Positions 11,613-21,149 are shown, counted from the stretch's first letter. The stretch: DNA of 44,451 nucleotides from Sphingomicrobium sp. (GCA_036392155.1 DASVYN010000169.1:1-44451); one strand, 5' to 3'. A program made the numbers and translations. Notes: generated by a model not told the origin, from the sequence alone.

Positions 11613-12611
11613 TCAGGCTGCGGAGCGCGCGAGCCACGGCGAATAGAATTCCTGCAACATGCTGATAACGACCGCAGGATCGTCCTGCTGGTTGACCTTG
11701 TTGCGGAGCTCGGCCGAACCGGGCAGTCCCTTGGTGTACCAGCCAACATGCTTGCGGGCGAGATTGACTCCGGTGTGCGTGCCGTAGAGCCGCAGCATCT
11801 CGTCATATTGCTCGAGCAAGGTCGCAAGCTGCTCGTCGAGATTCGGGTCCGGGCGGTGCCCGCCCCCACCGAGCGCGCTCATGACCTGCGCGATCAGCCA
11901 AGGCCGACCATAGGCCCCACGACCGATCATCACCCCGTCTGCACCGGATTGCCGAAGCGCTTCGCGGGCGTCCTCAATCGAGCAAATGTCGCCGTTGACA
12001 ATTACCGGAACGGTCACCGCCTCCTTGACTCGGCGAACGAACGCCCAGTCCGCGTCACCCTTGTACATCTGGCAGCGTGTACGGCCGTGGATGGTGATCA
12101 TCTGCACGCCGAGATCTTGAGCAATGCGGGCAAGTTCGGGCGCATTCAAATATTCGTGGTTCCAGCCCATCCGCGTCTTGAGCGTGACCGGGACCTTTAC
12201 CGCCTTGATGGTCGCTTCAATCAGTTTTGCAGCAAGCGGCAGGTCGCGCATCAATGCCGATCCGGCCTCGCCATTGACGACTTTCTTGACCGGGCAGCCC
12301 ATGTTGATGTCGATGATTGCAGCGCCGCGCTGCTCGTTGAGCTTGGCGGCCTCGGCCATGACATGGGGTTCGCAGCCGGCGAGTTGCATCGATACCGGCT
12401 CCTCCGCCGGATCCCACATCGCCTTCTGCAGGGATTGGCGCGTCTCGCGCACCATCGCTTGGCTCGCGATCATCTCGCTCACCGTCAGCCCTGCACCAAA
12501 GCGTTTGACAATCCGCCGGAACGGAAGGTCGGTAACGGCGGTCATCGGCGCCAGGATCACCGGCGACGCGACCTCGACCGGGCCGATCTTGATGGGCTTC
12601 AGCACATTCAT
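11613..12611 (-). CDS. dusB: tRNA-dihydrouridine synthase B (NifR3)
   Basis: [47 protein letters not shown]; ATG at 12611. Confidence 0.95.
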   Translation of the reverse strand: MNVLKPIKIGPVEVASPVILAPMTAVTDLPFRRIVKRFGAGLTVSEMIASQAMVRETRQSLQKAMWDPAEEPVSMQLAGCEPHVMAEAAKLNEQRGAAIIDINMGCPVKKVVNGEAGSALMRDLPLAAKLIEATIKAVKVPVTLKTRMGWNHEYLNAPELARIAQDLGVQMITIHGRTRCQMYKGDADWAFVRRVKEAVTVPVIVNGDICSIEDAREALRQSGADGVMIGRGAYGRPWLIAQVMSALGGGGHRPDPNLDEQLATLLEQYDEMLRLYGTHTGVNLARKHVGWYTKGLPGSAELRNKVNQQDDPAVVISMLQEFYSPWLARSAA

Positions 12612-12676
12612 GGGTTGGCCCGAAATAGTGGAGAAGTACTTGGCGGACAAGGCAAGCCGCCCTAGAGGCGCCCGCC

Positions 12677-13813
12677 GTGACCACCACTGCACTGATCGTC
12701 GCTGCCGGAAGCGGCACCCGCGTGGGCGGCGATATGCCCAAGCAATTCCGGCAGCTCGGCGGCAAACCGGTGCTGCGCTGGGCGGTGGAGTCGCTTATCC
12801 ATCACCCCGCCTTGCAAATGGTGCGCGTGGTGGTGGGGCAAGATCAGCAAGAGCAAGCCTCGGCAGCGCTCGCTGGTCTCGACGTCGGCACTTTGATCGA
12901 AGGCGGCGCGGAACGTGCGGATTCGGTCCGTGCGGGGCTAAGAGAAATCGATGTCGACGCGGTCCTCGTGCACGATGCTGCCCGCCCCTTCTGTCCACCG
13001 GCGGTGATCGACCGTTTAATTGCCAGCCTTGAGTTCTTCGAGGCTGCAGCTCCAGTACTCCCGGTCGGCAACACTTTGGCGCGGGCCGGCGAAACACTTT
13101 GCGAGCCCGTAGATCGTAGCGACATGGTCCGCGTGCAGACACCGCAGGCCTTTCGCCTCGACGCGCTCAAAACGGCCTATGAGAGCTGGTCCGGCCCTTC
13201 GCCGACCGACGAAACAACGGTTGTTCGGGCCGCGGGCATGACGGTCGCGGCTGTCGAGGGCGATCCGGCACTGGAAAAGCTCACCCTTCCTGCCGACTTC
13301 GAGCGAGCCGAACAATGGGTTGCCGGGCGGCTTCGACCCAGAACAGGCATGGGATTTGACGTCCATGCATTCGCTGGCGAAGGGCCGATCATGCTCGGCG
13401 GTGTCGAAGTGCCGCATAGCCGCGGCCTTGCCGGCCATAGCGATGCAGACGTTCTCCTCCACGCAATCACCGATGCCTTGCTCGGCGCCGCAGGCCTCGG
13501 CGACATCGGCGAGCATTTTCCGCCGTCCGATCCCCAATGGAGAGGCGCCGAATCGTCAAGATTCCTCGAGCGAGCTGTTGAACTGCTTCGCGAAAAGGGC
13601 GGAATGATCGACCATATCGATTGCACTGTGATTGCGGAGGCTCCTAAAGTGGGTCCCCATCGTCAGGCGATGCGCAAAAGAATCGCCGAAATTGCTGGCT
13701 TGAGCGTTGACCAGGTCAGCGTGAAGGCAACCACCACTGAAGGACTCGGCTTCACCGGTCGGCGCGAAGGCATCGCCGCGCAGGCCGTGGCGAGCATTCG
13801 AACGGGATTTTGA
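12677..13813 (+). CDS. ispDF: Bifunctional IspD/IspF
   Basis: IspD motifs [27 protein letters not shown] fused to IspF motifs [27 protein letters not shown]. Confidence 0.96.
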   Translation: MTTTALIVAAGSGTRVGGDMPKQFRQLGGKPVLRWAVESLIHHPALQMVRVVVGQDQQEQASAALAGLDVGTLIEGGAERADSVRAGLREIDVDAVLVHDAARPFCPPAVIDRLIASLEFFEAAAPVLPVGNTLARAGETLCEPVDRSDMVRVQTPQAFRLDALKTAYESWSGPSPTDETTVVRAAGMTVAAVEGDPALEKLTLPADFERAEQWVAGRLRPRTGMGFDVHAFAGEGPIMLGGVEVPHSRGLAGHSDADVLLHAITDALLGAAGLGDIGEHFPPSDPQWRGAESSRFLERAVELLREKGGMIDHIDCTVIAEAPKVGPHRQAMRKRIAEIAGLSVDQVSVKATTTEGLGFTGRREGIAAQAVASIRTGF

Positions 13814-13817
13814 AAAA

Positions 13818-14321
13818 GTGACAGACTCACTCCTCCCTCCAGTGCTCGTGGATAAGGCACGCGAAGTCGTCGAAGCCAATCGCGCCGCCGGACGCCGGGT
13901 CGCAGTCGCCGAGAGTTGTTCCGGTGGCCTTGTCAGTGCCGCGCTGACCGAGATCCCGGGCTCCTCGGAAATGTTCGAGGCAGGTTATGTAACCTATTCC
14001 AATGCTGCGAAGATCAGCGAACTCAAGGTCTCTGAGGAAGTCGTCGACACCTTCGGCGCGGTGAGCGTCGCAACGGCCTGGGCCATGGCGCGCGGCGCAT
14101 TGGCTGCATCCGATGCCGATATCGCCGTTGCAATTACGGGGATTGCGGGACCAGGAGGCGGGACTTCATCCAAGCCCGTCGGCACTGTCGTTTTTGCGAC
14201 CGCCGAGCGCGGCGGCGACCCTGCAAAGATCGTCGCCGATCAGCGCTTCTTCGACGAAAAGACCCGTTCGGGCGTCCGCCTTCAGGCTGCGCTCTGCGCG
14301 CTCGAACTGTTGATGCCGTAA
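13818..14321 (+). CDS. cinA: CinA C-terminal/PncC family NMN deamidase
   Basis: VAVAESCSGG, PGSS, TYSN, GAVS, ITGIAGPGGG, KPVGTV. Confidence 0.9.
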   Translation: MTDSLLPPVLVDKAREVVEANRAAGRRVAVAESCSGGLVSAALTEIPGSSEMFEAGYVTYSNAAKISELKVSEEVVDTFGAVSVATAWAMARGALAASDADIAVAITGIAGPGGGTSSKPVGTVVFATAERGGDPAKIVADQRFFDEKTRSGVRLQAALCALELLMP

Positions 14322-14743
14322 AGCGCGGCAGCGCGCTGCTCGAAGGCTGAGGTCATGCGCCTCAATGCTCGATCGAACATTGCGCCGGCAAGACTCTCGA
14401 ACAGCCGCGACTTGAATGCGAAATCGACCGAGAAGCCAATGTCGGTGCCGCCGTCTGCGGCTCGGTCGAACTTCCACTCATTGTGCAGATATTTGAGCGG
14501 TCCCTCGACATAGTCGACGCAGATCCGGTTCGGACGCTCCTTCACAACGCGGCTCGTGAACCGCTCCTTGAAGGCGTTGAACCCCACGACGAGATCGGCG
14601 ATCGTTTCCTTCTCGCTCGAAGAGCGAACCCGAACGGCCACCACCCAGGGAAGGAATTCGTCGTAGCGGGCAACGTCCGCCACGAGGTCGAACAATTGCT
14701 CTTGCGTATAGGGAAGATGCCGCGTTTCGCTATGGCGCGGCAT
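14282..14743 (-). CDS. ratA: RatA/PasT/Coq10 START-domain protein
   Basis: [49 protein letters not shown]; directly downstream of lipA. Confidence 0.88.
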   Translation of the reverse strand: MPRHSETRHLPYTQEQLFDLVADVARYDEFLPWVVAVRVRSSSEKETIADLVVGFNAFKERFTSRVVKERPNRICVDYVEGPLKYLHNEWKFDRAADGGTDIGFSVDFAFKSRLFESLAGAMFDRALRRMTSAFEQRAAALYGINSSSAQSAA

Positions 14744-15662
14744 TGGCCCCTTCCCTGGCGATTTGCGCGTTGCGTGCTTCCCGCATCTTCTTGAAATCAT
14801 CGCCCGCATGATAGCTCGACCGGGTCAATGGCGATGCCGCGACCAGAAGGAAGCCTTTGGCCCGGGCGATTGCAGCATAAGCTTCGAATGCCTTGGGAGT
14901 GACGAACTCCTCGACTTTGGCATGGCGAGGCGTCGGCTGCAGATATTGACCCATGGTCAGGAAATCGACTCCGGCCGAGCGCATGTCGTCCATCACCTGG
15001 TGAACCTCGAGCCGCTGTTCGCCGAGACCGACCATCAGGCCGGACTTGCTGAAAATGTGCGGCGCCTTGCGCTTGACGCTCTCCAGCAGGCGCAGCGACG
15101 CGTAGTAACGCGCACCCGGCCGGATTGTCGGATAGAGCCGCGGAACCGTCTCGAGATTGTGATTGTAGACGTCGGGTCCGGCCGCGACGATCGCTTCGAC
15201 CGCGGCCTCGCTTTTATTGCGAAAATCGGGAGTCAAAATCTCGATGGTGGTCGACGGCGTGCGCTTGCGAAGCGCCTCGATCACCTTGACGAACTGACGC
15301 GCGCCGCCGTCGGGTAAGTCGTCGCGATCGACGGACGTCACGACGATATGCTCAAGCCCAAGCTCGGCGGCCGCAGTCGCGACATGCTCCGGCTCGAGCG
15401 GGTCGACCGGGCGCGGCATCCCGGTCTTCACGTTGCAAAAAGCGCAGGCCCGAGTGCAGGTGTCGCCAAGGATCATGACCGTCGCATGCTTCTTGGTCCA
15501 GCACTCGCCGATATTCGGACAGGCCGCTTCCTCGCACACCGTCGCCAGATTGAGATCCCGCATCAGCCGGCGCGTTGCATGATAGCCTTCGCTGACCGGG
15601 GCCTTGACCCGAATCCAGTCGGGCTTGCGCTGCTTGGGAGGGACTGCGGCCGGTGCGTTCAT
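14730..15662 (-). CDS. lipA: Lipoyl synthase
   Basis: [41 protein letters not shown]. Confidence 0.98.
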   Translation of the reverse strand: MNAPAAVPPKQRKPDWIRVKAPVSEGYHATRRLMRDLNLATVCEEAACPNIGECWTKKHATVMILGDTCTRACAFCNVKTGMPRPVDPLEPEHVATAAAELGLEHIVVTSVDRDDLPDGGARQFVKVIEALRKRTPSTTIEILTPDFRNKSEAAVEAIVAAGPDVYNHNLETVPRLYPTIRPGARYYASLRLLESVKRKAPHIFSKSGLMVGLGEQRLEVHQVMDDMRSAGVDFLTMGQYLQPTPRHAKVEEFVTPKAFEAYAAIARAKGFLLVAASPLTRSSYHAGDDFKKMREARNAQIAREGANAAP

Positions 15663-15728
15663 GCGCGGCCAGATAGCGATTGCCGCTGCGGCTTGCCAGC
15701 CCCGCTGCGCCGCCTTAGCGCGCTGCTC

Positions 15729-16364
15729 ATGCCCTATCTCTCAAAGCTGATCGAAGGCTACCGCCGCTTCCGCGAGAATAACTGGGCGCGTGAGCGCGAG
15801 CGCTGGGCAGAGCTTGCCGAAGGACAGAGCCCAAAGGTGATGATCCTTTCCTGCGCTGACAGCCGCACCGACCCGGCGCAGATCTTCGACGCACGCCCGG
15901 GCGAGATGTTCGTCGTTCGCAACATCGCTGCACTCGCGCCGCCCTATGAGACGACGCGTGGCCATCACGGCGTGTCAGCGGCGCTCGAATTTGCAGTGAC
16001 GCAGCTCAAGGTCGGCGAGATACTGGTAATGGGTCACGGCCTTTGCGGCGGCTGCGCTGCGGCGCTGACCGGGCAATTCGACGACACACAGCCCGGCGAG
16101 GGCCATTTCATTGCCGACTGGGTGAGAATGCTCGACGATGCGCGGGACCGGGTTCGTGCCCGACACCAAAAGCTCGACCGCGAGGCGTTTCTTGAAATGG
16201 AGCGCGAGGCGGTAAAGGTCAGCCTCGCCAATCTGCGCACCTTCCCCTGGCTCTCCCGACGCGAACAAGCAGGCGAGCTCAAGCTCCACGGAGCCCATTT
16301 TTCGATCGCAGAGGGGCGCCTCTACATACTCGACGAGGCGGAAGCTAGCTTCCGCCCCATCTAA
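15729..16364 (+). CDS. Beta-class carbonic anhydrase
   Basis: [33 protein letters not shown] zinc ligands; ATG at 15729. Confidence 0.94.
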   Translation: MPYLSKLIEGYRRFRENNWARERERWAELAEGQSPKVMILSCADSRTDPAQIFDARPGEMFVVRNIAALAPPYETTRGHHGVSAALEFAVTQLKVGEILVMGHGLCGGCAAALTGQFDDTQPGEGHFIADWVRMLDDARDRVRARHQKLDREAFLEMEREAVKVSLANLRTFPWLSRREQAGELKLHGAHFSIAEGRLYILDEAEASFRPI

Positions 16365-16374
16365 GTAGTTCTTT

Positions 16375-16686
16375 CTAACACCTTACATTATAACTGTAAT
16401 GCGGTTGACCATAGCGGTCGACATAATAGCAATAGCCGCGGGTATCTCGATAATATTGACGGCCTCCGATTATCGCACCTACCACGCCGCCGAGCGCTGC
16501 GCCGGCGATTGCTCCGGTGCCCGTGCCAATTCCTGGCAGAATGGAGCCTGCGAGAGCGCCTGCGCCGGCGCCGATTGCGGCTCCGGTCGCGGTGCTCGCA
16601 ACTTCGTGATCATAAGCCGGGGTTGTTGCGCAGCCGCCGAGTGACAGGCTGGCCGCGGCAGCGGCTGAAACCAGCAGACGTTTCAT
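16375..16686 (-). CDS. Small glycine-zipper lipoprotein, paralog A
   Basis: MKR + hydrophobic stretch + LGGC lipobox; GAAIGAGAGALAG / GAIAGAALGGVVGA; GGAGG Shine-Dalgarno before ATG 16686. Confidence 0.85.
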   Translation of the reverse strand: MKRLLVSAAAAASLSLGGCATTPAYDHEVASTATGAAIGAGAGALAGSILPGIGTGTGAIAGAALGGVVGAIIGGRQYYRDTRGYCYYVDRYGQPHYSYNVRC

Positions 16687-16803
16687 TCGATCCTCCATTG
16701 TTGGACCGGCGATTCAGTGCGTTGGATGAAGGTTCGTTCCCGACAGTCCGTGAACCGTGATGAAAACGGAATGAAATGCAGTTCGAGATTTAGAACGCCA
16801 AAT

Positions 16804-16829
16804 GGGGCGGAAGGCACTCCTTCCGCCCC
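16804..16829 (-). terminator. Hairpin, probable intrinsic terminator of paralog B
   Basis: Perfect 11-bp stem GGGGCGGAAGG/CCTTCCGCCCC with a 4-nt loop, about 35 nt past the paralog B stop; U tail is weak (ATTTGG). Confidence 0.65.
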
Positions 16830-16864
16830 TTGAAGCAGCTCAAAACAGGTCTTTGTTCGACGCT

Positions 16865-17239
16865 CTAACAGCGAATATCGTAGCTGTAGTGCGGCTGACC
16901 GTACTGATCGACGTAATAACAATAGCCTCGGGTGTCGCGATAATATTGCCGCCCGTTGATCACAGCGCCAAGAACACCGCCCAGGACTGCGCCGGCAACG
17001 GCGCCGCCGACGGTGCCGAGGCCCACGGAGTGTCCGAGAATTGCGCCACCGACCGCGCCCACAGCGGCGCCGGTGGCAATACCCGCTCCACTGTTGTTAT
17101 AGCCATAACCATTATACGGGACGTAATTGCCGTACTGGTCGTAATAGCCGTTATTGTACCCGTATCCGGGTCCGTAGGTGGCACAGCCGGCCGTCGCGAT
17201 ACTGGCGGCGGCAACTGCGGCAGTCATGAATTTCCTCAT
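16865..17239 (-). CDS. Small glycine-zipper lipoprotein, paralog B
   Basis: MRKF + hydrophobic stretch + TAGC lipobox; Y/G/N-rich linker; glycine zipper; C-terminal tail nearly identical to paralog A. Confidence 0.85.
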   Translation of the reverse strand: MRKFMTAAVAAASIATAGCATYGPGYGYNNGYYDQYGNYVPYNGYGYNNSGAGIATGAAVGAVGGAILGHSVGLGTVGGAVAGAVLGGVLGAVINGRQYYRDTRGYCYYVDQYGQPHYSYDIRC

Positions 17240-17403
17240 CGCCTCGTCCCTTCCACAACTCGCCCCCTGCTGTCAGACTACCAATCGCACTAGAAGGCGT
17301 TTCGTTCCCGCATCGATCATGTACCGTTCATGTACGCAGCTCGTTGCGAGCCCACCTGTGGTCATTCCGCGACACCGCGCTAGATGGGCCAAAAGGAGTC
17401 GAA

Positions 17404-18132
17404 ATGCGCGACCAACTGCCGGAGCAGGAAGCAAATATTGGCCTATTGATCGACGCCGACAATGCGTCGCCCGAGCATCTCGACGAAGTGCTGCTCGTTC
17501 TTGGCGAACTTGGCACGATCAACATTCGCCGCGCCTACGGCAATTGGGCCAAGGCCAGTCTCAAAGGCTGGGGCAATCTCACCGGAACGCACTCGATCAT
17601 TCCGATGCAGCAGTTCGACGTGGTCAAGGGCAAGAGCGCGACCGACATGCGCATGACCATCGATGCAATGGATCTGCTCTATCGCGGCAATGTCGACGGC
17701 TTTGGGATCATGTCTTCTGACAGCGACTTCCTGCCGCTTGCCCAGCGGATCCGTGAGGACGGTCTTCCGGTCTACGGCTTCGGGACGACCAAGACTCCGG
17801 TCTCATTTCAGCAGGCGTGCACCCGATTCTTCGATGTCGGCGCCCTCGCCATGAGCGACGAGGAAGAACTGGAGCAGCCGGCGCATGCTGTAGGCCAGCG
17901 GCCGGTTGACCCCGAGCTTCTCCAGGTGCTCGGCGCGGCCTACAAGGCGTCGAAGCGCGACGAAGAAGGCTACACGCCGCTGTCGGAGCTCGGCCAGCGT
18001 GCGAAGGCGGTCTCCAGCTTCGCCGCACGCAACTACGGCTTCACCCGCCTCTCCGACCTCATCAAGGCGGTACCCAACTTCGAAGTTAAAAGCGGCGAAG
18101 ACGGACGCCTGCTGGTCAAGCGCCTGCGCTAA
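17404..18132 (+). CDS. NYN (LabA/DUF88, PIN-like) domain protein with C-terminal OST-HTH/LOTUS domain
   Basis: LLIDADN, RRAYGNW, KSATDMRMTIDAMD, SSDSDFLPL; C-terminal LSELG...NYGFTRLSDLI; AAGGAG Shine-Dalgarno. Confidence 0.88.
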   Translation: MRDQLPEQEANIGLLIDADNASPEHLDEVLLVLGELGTINIRRAYGNWAKASLKGWGNLTGTHSIIPMQQFDVVKGKSATDMRMTIDAMDLLYRGNVDGFGIMSSDSDFLPLAQRIREDGLPVYGFGTTKTPVSFQQACTRFFDVGALAMSDEEELEQPAHAVGQRPVDPELLQVLGAAYKASKRDEEGYTPLSELGQRAKAVSSFAARNYGFTRLSDLIKAVPNFEVKSGEDGRLLVKRLR

Positions 18133-18142
18133 GGGACTTTGC

Positions 18143-18161
18143 TGTGGATAGTTCATCCACA
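18143..18161. promoter_or_regulatory. Inverted pair of DnaA-box-like 9-mers
   Basis: TGTGGATAG (reverse complement CTATCCACA) and TCATCCACA, each one mismatch from TTATCCACA. Confidence 0.4.
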
Positions 18162-18235
18162 GATATTTCGAAAGCGTATCGAGTCGGACGCTGTTGTCCC
18201 GCCGCCACAGCTGGCTAGCCAATTTTGACCCCGGG

Positions 18236-18260
18236 GGAACGTCAGCAGAGTCAAACGGTT
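18236..18260 (+). promoter_or_regulatory. EcfG/SigT-type general stress sigma promoter
   Basis: GGAAC-N17-GTT ending 37 nt before the ATG of the PAS gene. Confidence 0.6.
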
Positions 18261-18297
18261 CTGCCGCCTAACCCAGATCAGGATCAAATGGCGGACG

Positions 18298-18867
18298 ATG
18301 CTGGCTCAGCAAGATGCCGAACAGATTCTCAGCACTGCGCTCGATGCTGTCTCGACCGCCGCCGACTGGCGCCAGGTGCTCGATCAGCTGACGGTGCCGA
18401 TCTACGTGACTGACGCTGACGGCGCAGTAACCTACTGGAACCGGGCATGCGTCGAGTTCGCCGGTCGCGAGCCGCAGCTCGGCAGAGACCGGTGGTGCGT
18501 CGCTTGGAAAATCTATTCGACCACCGGCGAGCCCATGCCGCACGATCAGTGCCCGACGGCACAAGCGATCCGGCGGCAGAAGATCGTCCGCGATACCGTC
18601 GTGATTGCTGAACGTCCGGATGGCTCGCGCCGTGCGTTTCGGCCTTATCCTACTCCGCTGTTCAACGACGATGGTTCGCTTCGCTGCGCGGTCAACGTGC
18701 TGATCGACGTTACTGAAGAGGAATGCGAGGCGCTGCACCAGCAAGCCGAGCGTTGTCGGCGCCTCGCTCAAGCGATGTACGACCGCAGGATCCGCGCGGT
18801 GCTGGGGTCAATGGCGGATGGTTTTGACCGAACTGCCGCATGCCTCAGCGCTGACAATGATCGTTAA
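18298..18867 (+). CDS. Stand-alone PAS domain protein
   Basis: LDQLTVPIYVTDADGAVTYWNRACVEFAG and IAERPDGSRR...PTPLFNDDGSLRCAVNVLIDVT (PAS/PAC), followed by a short helix; no kinase domain. Confidence 0.85.
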   Translation: MLAQQDAEQILSTALDAVSTAADWRQVLDQLTVPIYVTDADGAVTYWNRACVEFAGREPQLGRDRWCVAWKIYSTTGEPMPHDQCPTAQAIRRQKIVRDTVVIAERPDGSRRAFRPYPTPLFNDDGSLRCAVNVLIDVTEEECEALHQQAERCRRLAQAMYDRRIRAVLGSMADGFDRTAACLSADNDR

Positions 18868-18998
18868 TCGGCTTGCCTCGCCGGTGGCCCAGCCGATGCC
18901 GCCTGCGCGGAGCCGACCTGGGCAGCGGTGACGATCCGCGTCGAGGGGCGATGTCCGGTGCACTGCGCCCCAACCGGAGCGGCGGGAGAACGGATCCG

Positions 18999-19286
18999 CT
19001 ACAACAGCCGCAGTGAAACGGTCACGTCATCGCCCGCTGCGATGCCGGCCTTGCGGCGGACGTCGGCTTTCACCGGCAGGATGTAACCGCCGCTCTTCAC
19101 CGGGAAGACCGACGTGCGCCAGGTGATGTCACTGATCGTCGCTTCGACACGGGCGGACTTGAAGCCCCGCATCTGGACCAGGCAGTGCGCGCGAATTTCG
19201 TCCGAAAGCTCCTCGGGCACGGTGATGAAATGCCAGCTGCCGTTCTCGCCGGTCCATAGCCACAAAGGAGCGGTGACGATGATCAT
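18999..19286 (-). CDS. DUF1905 family small protein
   Basis: WHFITVP, VEATISDITWRTSVFP, YILPVKADVRRKAGIAAGDDVTVSL; AAGGA Shine-Dalgarno before ATG 19286. Confidence 0.82.
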   Translation of the reverse strand: MIIVTAPLWLWTGENGSWHFITVPEELSDEIRAHCLVQMRGFKSARVEATISDITWRTSVFPVKSGGYILPVKADVRRKAGIAAGDDVTVSLRLL

Positions 19287-19472
19287 GGATCCTTCACTCG
19301 TACGCCGCCTGCGCGGCAATTCGGTGGTGGCAATGCGCCCCTGACCTTCGGTGCTTCCACCACGTCCCGGTCCCGTTTCAGATCGCCCAACGTTCGACCG
19401 GCAAACGCCACAGCATCATTTCGCCAATCAAGATCTGTTGCAATTCTCCCAACGTCGAGGCTGGAATCCAGG

Positions 19473-21149
19473 TCAGCGGGTCAGCCTCCGATAGGTCATC
19501 CGGTGGGGGCGCGTCGCCTCTTCGCCCAGGCGGCGGATCTTGTCCTCCTCATAGGCCTCGAAATTGCCCTCGAACCATTCGACCTGGGCGTCGCCCTCAA
19601 ACGCGAGGATGTGGGTTGCAAGACGGTCGAGGAAAAAACGGTCATGGCTGATCACGACCGCGCAGCCGGCGAAATTCTCCAGTGCATCCTCGAGTGCGCG
19701 AAGCGTCTCGACGTCGAGGTCGTTGGTCGGCTCGTCAAGCAGGAGTACGTTGCCGCCATCTTTCAGCATTTTGGCAAGATGAACCCGATTGCGTTCGCCT
19801 CCGGACAGCTGGCCGACTTTCTTCTGCTGGTCGGGGCCGCGGAAGTTGAAGGCGCCGACATAAGCCCGCGTCGCCATCTCGTGCTTGCCGATCTTGAAAA
19901 TATCCAGGCCGTCCGAGATCTCCTCCCAGACGTTCTTCTTCGGATCCAGCGCGTCGCGGCTCTGGTCGACATAGCCCAGATGGACGGTTGGGCCGACCTC
20001 GATCTCGCCCGCATCGGGCTTGTCCTGCCCGGTGATGAGCTTGAACAGGGTCGTCTTGCCGGCACCGTTGGGGCCGATGATCCCGACGATACCGCCCGGC
20101 GGCAAGCTGAAGCTCAAATTCTCGAACAGCAGCTTGTCGCCATAGGATTTGGTCAGTCCCTTCACCTCGATGACTTTGCCGCCGAGGCGTTCGGGCACCT
20201 GGATCAGGATTTCGCCCTTTGTCGGGGCGCGATTCTCCTGCGCCTCGACCAGCTGGTCGAACGCTTTGATGCGCGCCTTGGATTTGGCCTGGCGCGCCTT
20301 TGGCGAGCGCCGGATCCACTCGAGCTCGTCGCTGATCGCCTTCTGGCGACCGGCCTCCTCGCGCTCTTCCTGCTCAAGGCGTTTAGCCTTCTTTTCCAGA
20401 TATGTAGAGTAGTTTCCTTCGTAAATGTAATAGCGACTTCGATCCAGCTCCAGGATCCAGTTCACGACATTGTCGAGGAAATAGCGATCGTGAGTGACGA
20501 GGATGACATTGCCTGGATAGTCGACCAGGTGCTTCTCGAGCCATTGGACACTCTCAGCGTCCAAATGGTTGGTCGGCTCGTCGAGCAGGAGAATGTTCGG
20601 CTTTTCCAGCAATAAGCGGGTGAGAGCCACGCGGCGCTTCTCGCCGCCGGACAGATTGGTGACTGACGAATCGCCCGGCGGGCAGCGCAGCGCGTCCATT
20701 GCGATTTCGAGCTGGTTATCGAGCGTCCAGCCATCGACGGCGTCGATCTTCTCCTGGAGCTCGCCCATTTCGGTCATCAGTGCGTCAAAGTCGGCGTCCT
20801 CGGGCGGGTCGGCCATCATCGCGCTGATCGCGTTGAATCGGTCGAGCATGTCGGCGACGGGGCGCACCCCGTCCATCACATTCTCCCGCACCGTCTTGTT
20901 GGGATCGAGCAGCGGCTCCTGCTCGAGATAGCCGACGGTGATCCCCTCGCCCGGCCAGGCCTCGCCCTGGAACTCCTTGTCGCGGCCCGCCATGATCTTC
21001 ATCAGAGTCGACTTGCCCGAGCCATTGGGGCCGACGATTCCAATCTTGGCATCCTGATAAAATTGCAGATGGATATTGTTGAGGATGGGCTTCTGGCCCG
21101 GGAATGCCTTGGTCAGGCCCTTCATTACAAAGCTGTATTGGGCGGCCAT
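19473..21149 (-). CDS. ettA: ABC-F translational throttle EttA
   Basis: Two ABC domains with no TM segments, AKIGIVGPNGSGKST, ELEWIRRSPKARQAKSKAR linker, ATHILAFEG, C-terminal PHRMTYRRLTR. Confidence 0.95.
   Translation of the reverse strand: MAAQYSFVMKGLTKAFPGQKPILNNIHLQFYQDAKIGIVGPNGSGKSTLMKIMAGRDKEFQGEAWPGEGITVGYLEQEPLLDPNKTVRENVMDGVRPVADMLDRFNAISAMMADPPEDADFDALMTEMGELQEKIDAVDGWTLDNQLEIAMDALRCPPGDSSVTNLSGGEKRRVALTRLLLEKPNILLLDEPTNHLDAESVQWLEKHLVDYPGNVILVTHDRYFLDNVVNWILELDRSRYYIYEGNYSTYLEKKAKRLEQEEREEAGRQKAISDELEWIRRSPKARQAKSKARIKAFDQLVEAQENRAPTKGEILIQVPERLGGKVIEVKGLTKSYGDKLLFENLSFSLPPGGIVGIIGPNGAGKTTLFKLITGQDKPDAGEIEVGPTVHLGYVDQSRDALDPKKNVWEEISDGLDIFKIGKHEMATRAYVGAFNFRGPDQQKKVGQLSGGERNRVHLAKMLKDGGNVLLLDEPTNDLDVETLRALEDALENFAGCAVVISHDRFFLDRLATHILAFEGDAQVEWFEGNFEAYEEDKIRRLGEEATRPHRMTYRRLTR

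Noticed and set aside
14282-14743. ratA as a toxin-antitoxin module
   Set aside because: No ratB/pasI partner is present; the lipA-linked Coq10-like protein is better explained as a ubiquinone-binding respiratory factor.
16375-17239. Lipoprotein pair as bacteriocin/RiPP precursors
   Set aside because: They have lipoboxes rather than double-glycine leaders, and no modifying enzyme, peptidase-transporter or immunity gene is adjacent.
17304-17335. LexA-like GTTC-N7-GATC and GTAC-N7-GTAC upstream of the NYN gene
   Set aside because: Both are mismatched, and the same bases are better explained by the motif shared between the lipoprotein promoters.
18132-18298. Replication origin at the DnaA-box pair
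   Set aside because: Only two boxes, no AT-rich unwinding element, no origin-associated genes, and the window looks like the terminus.
19324-19363. Glycine-riboswitch-like words (CACCGAAGG, TCAGG) inside a 7-bp hairpin before the DUF1905 gene (minus strand)
   Set aside because: Too short, the P2/P3 elements are missing, and the downstream gene is unrelated to glycine metabolism.
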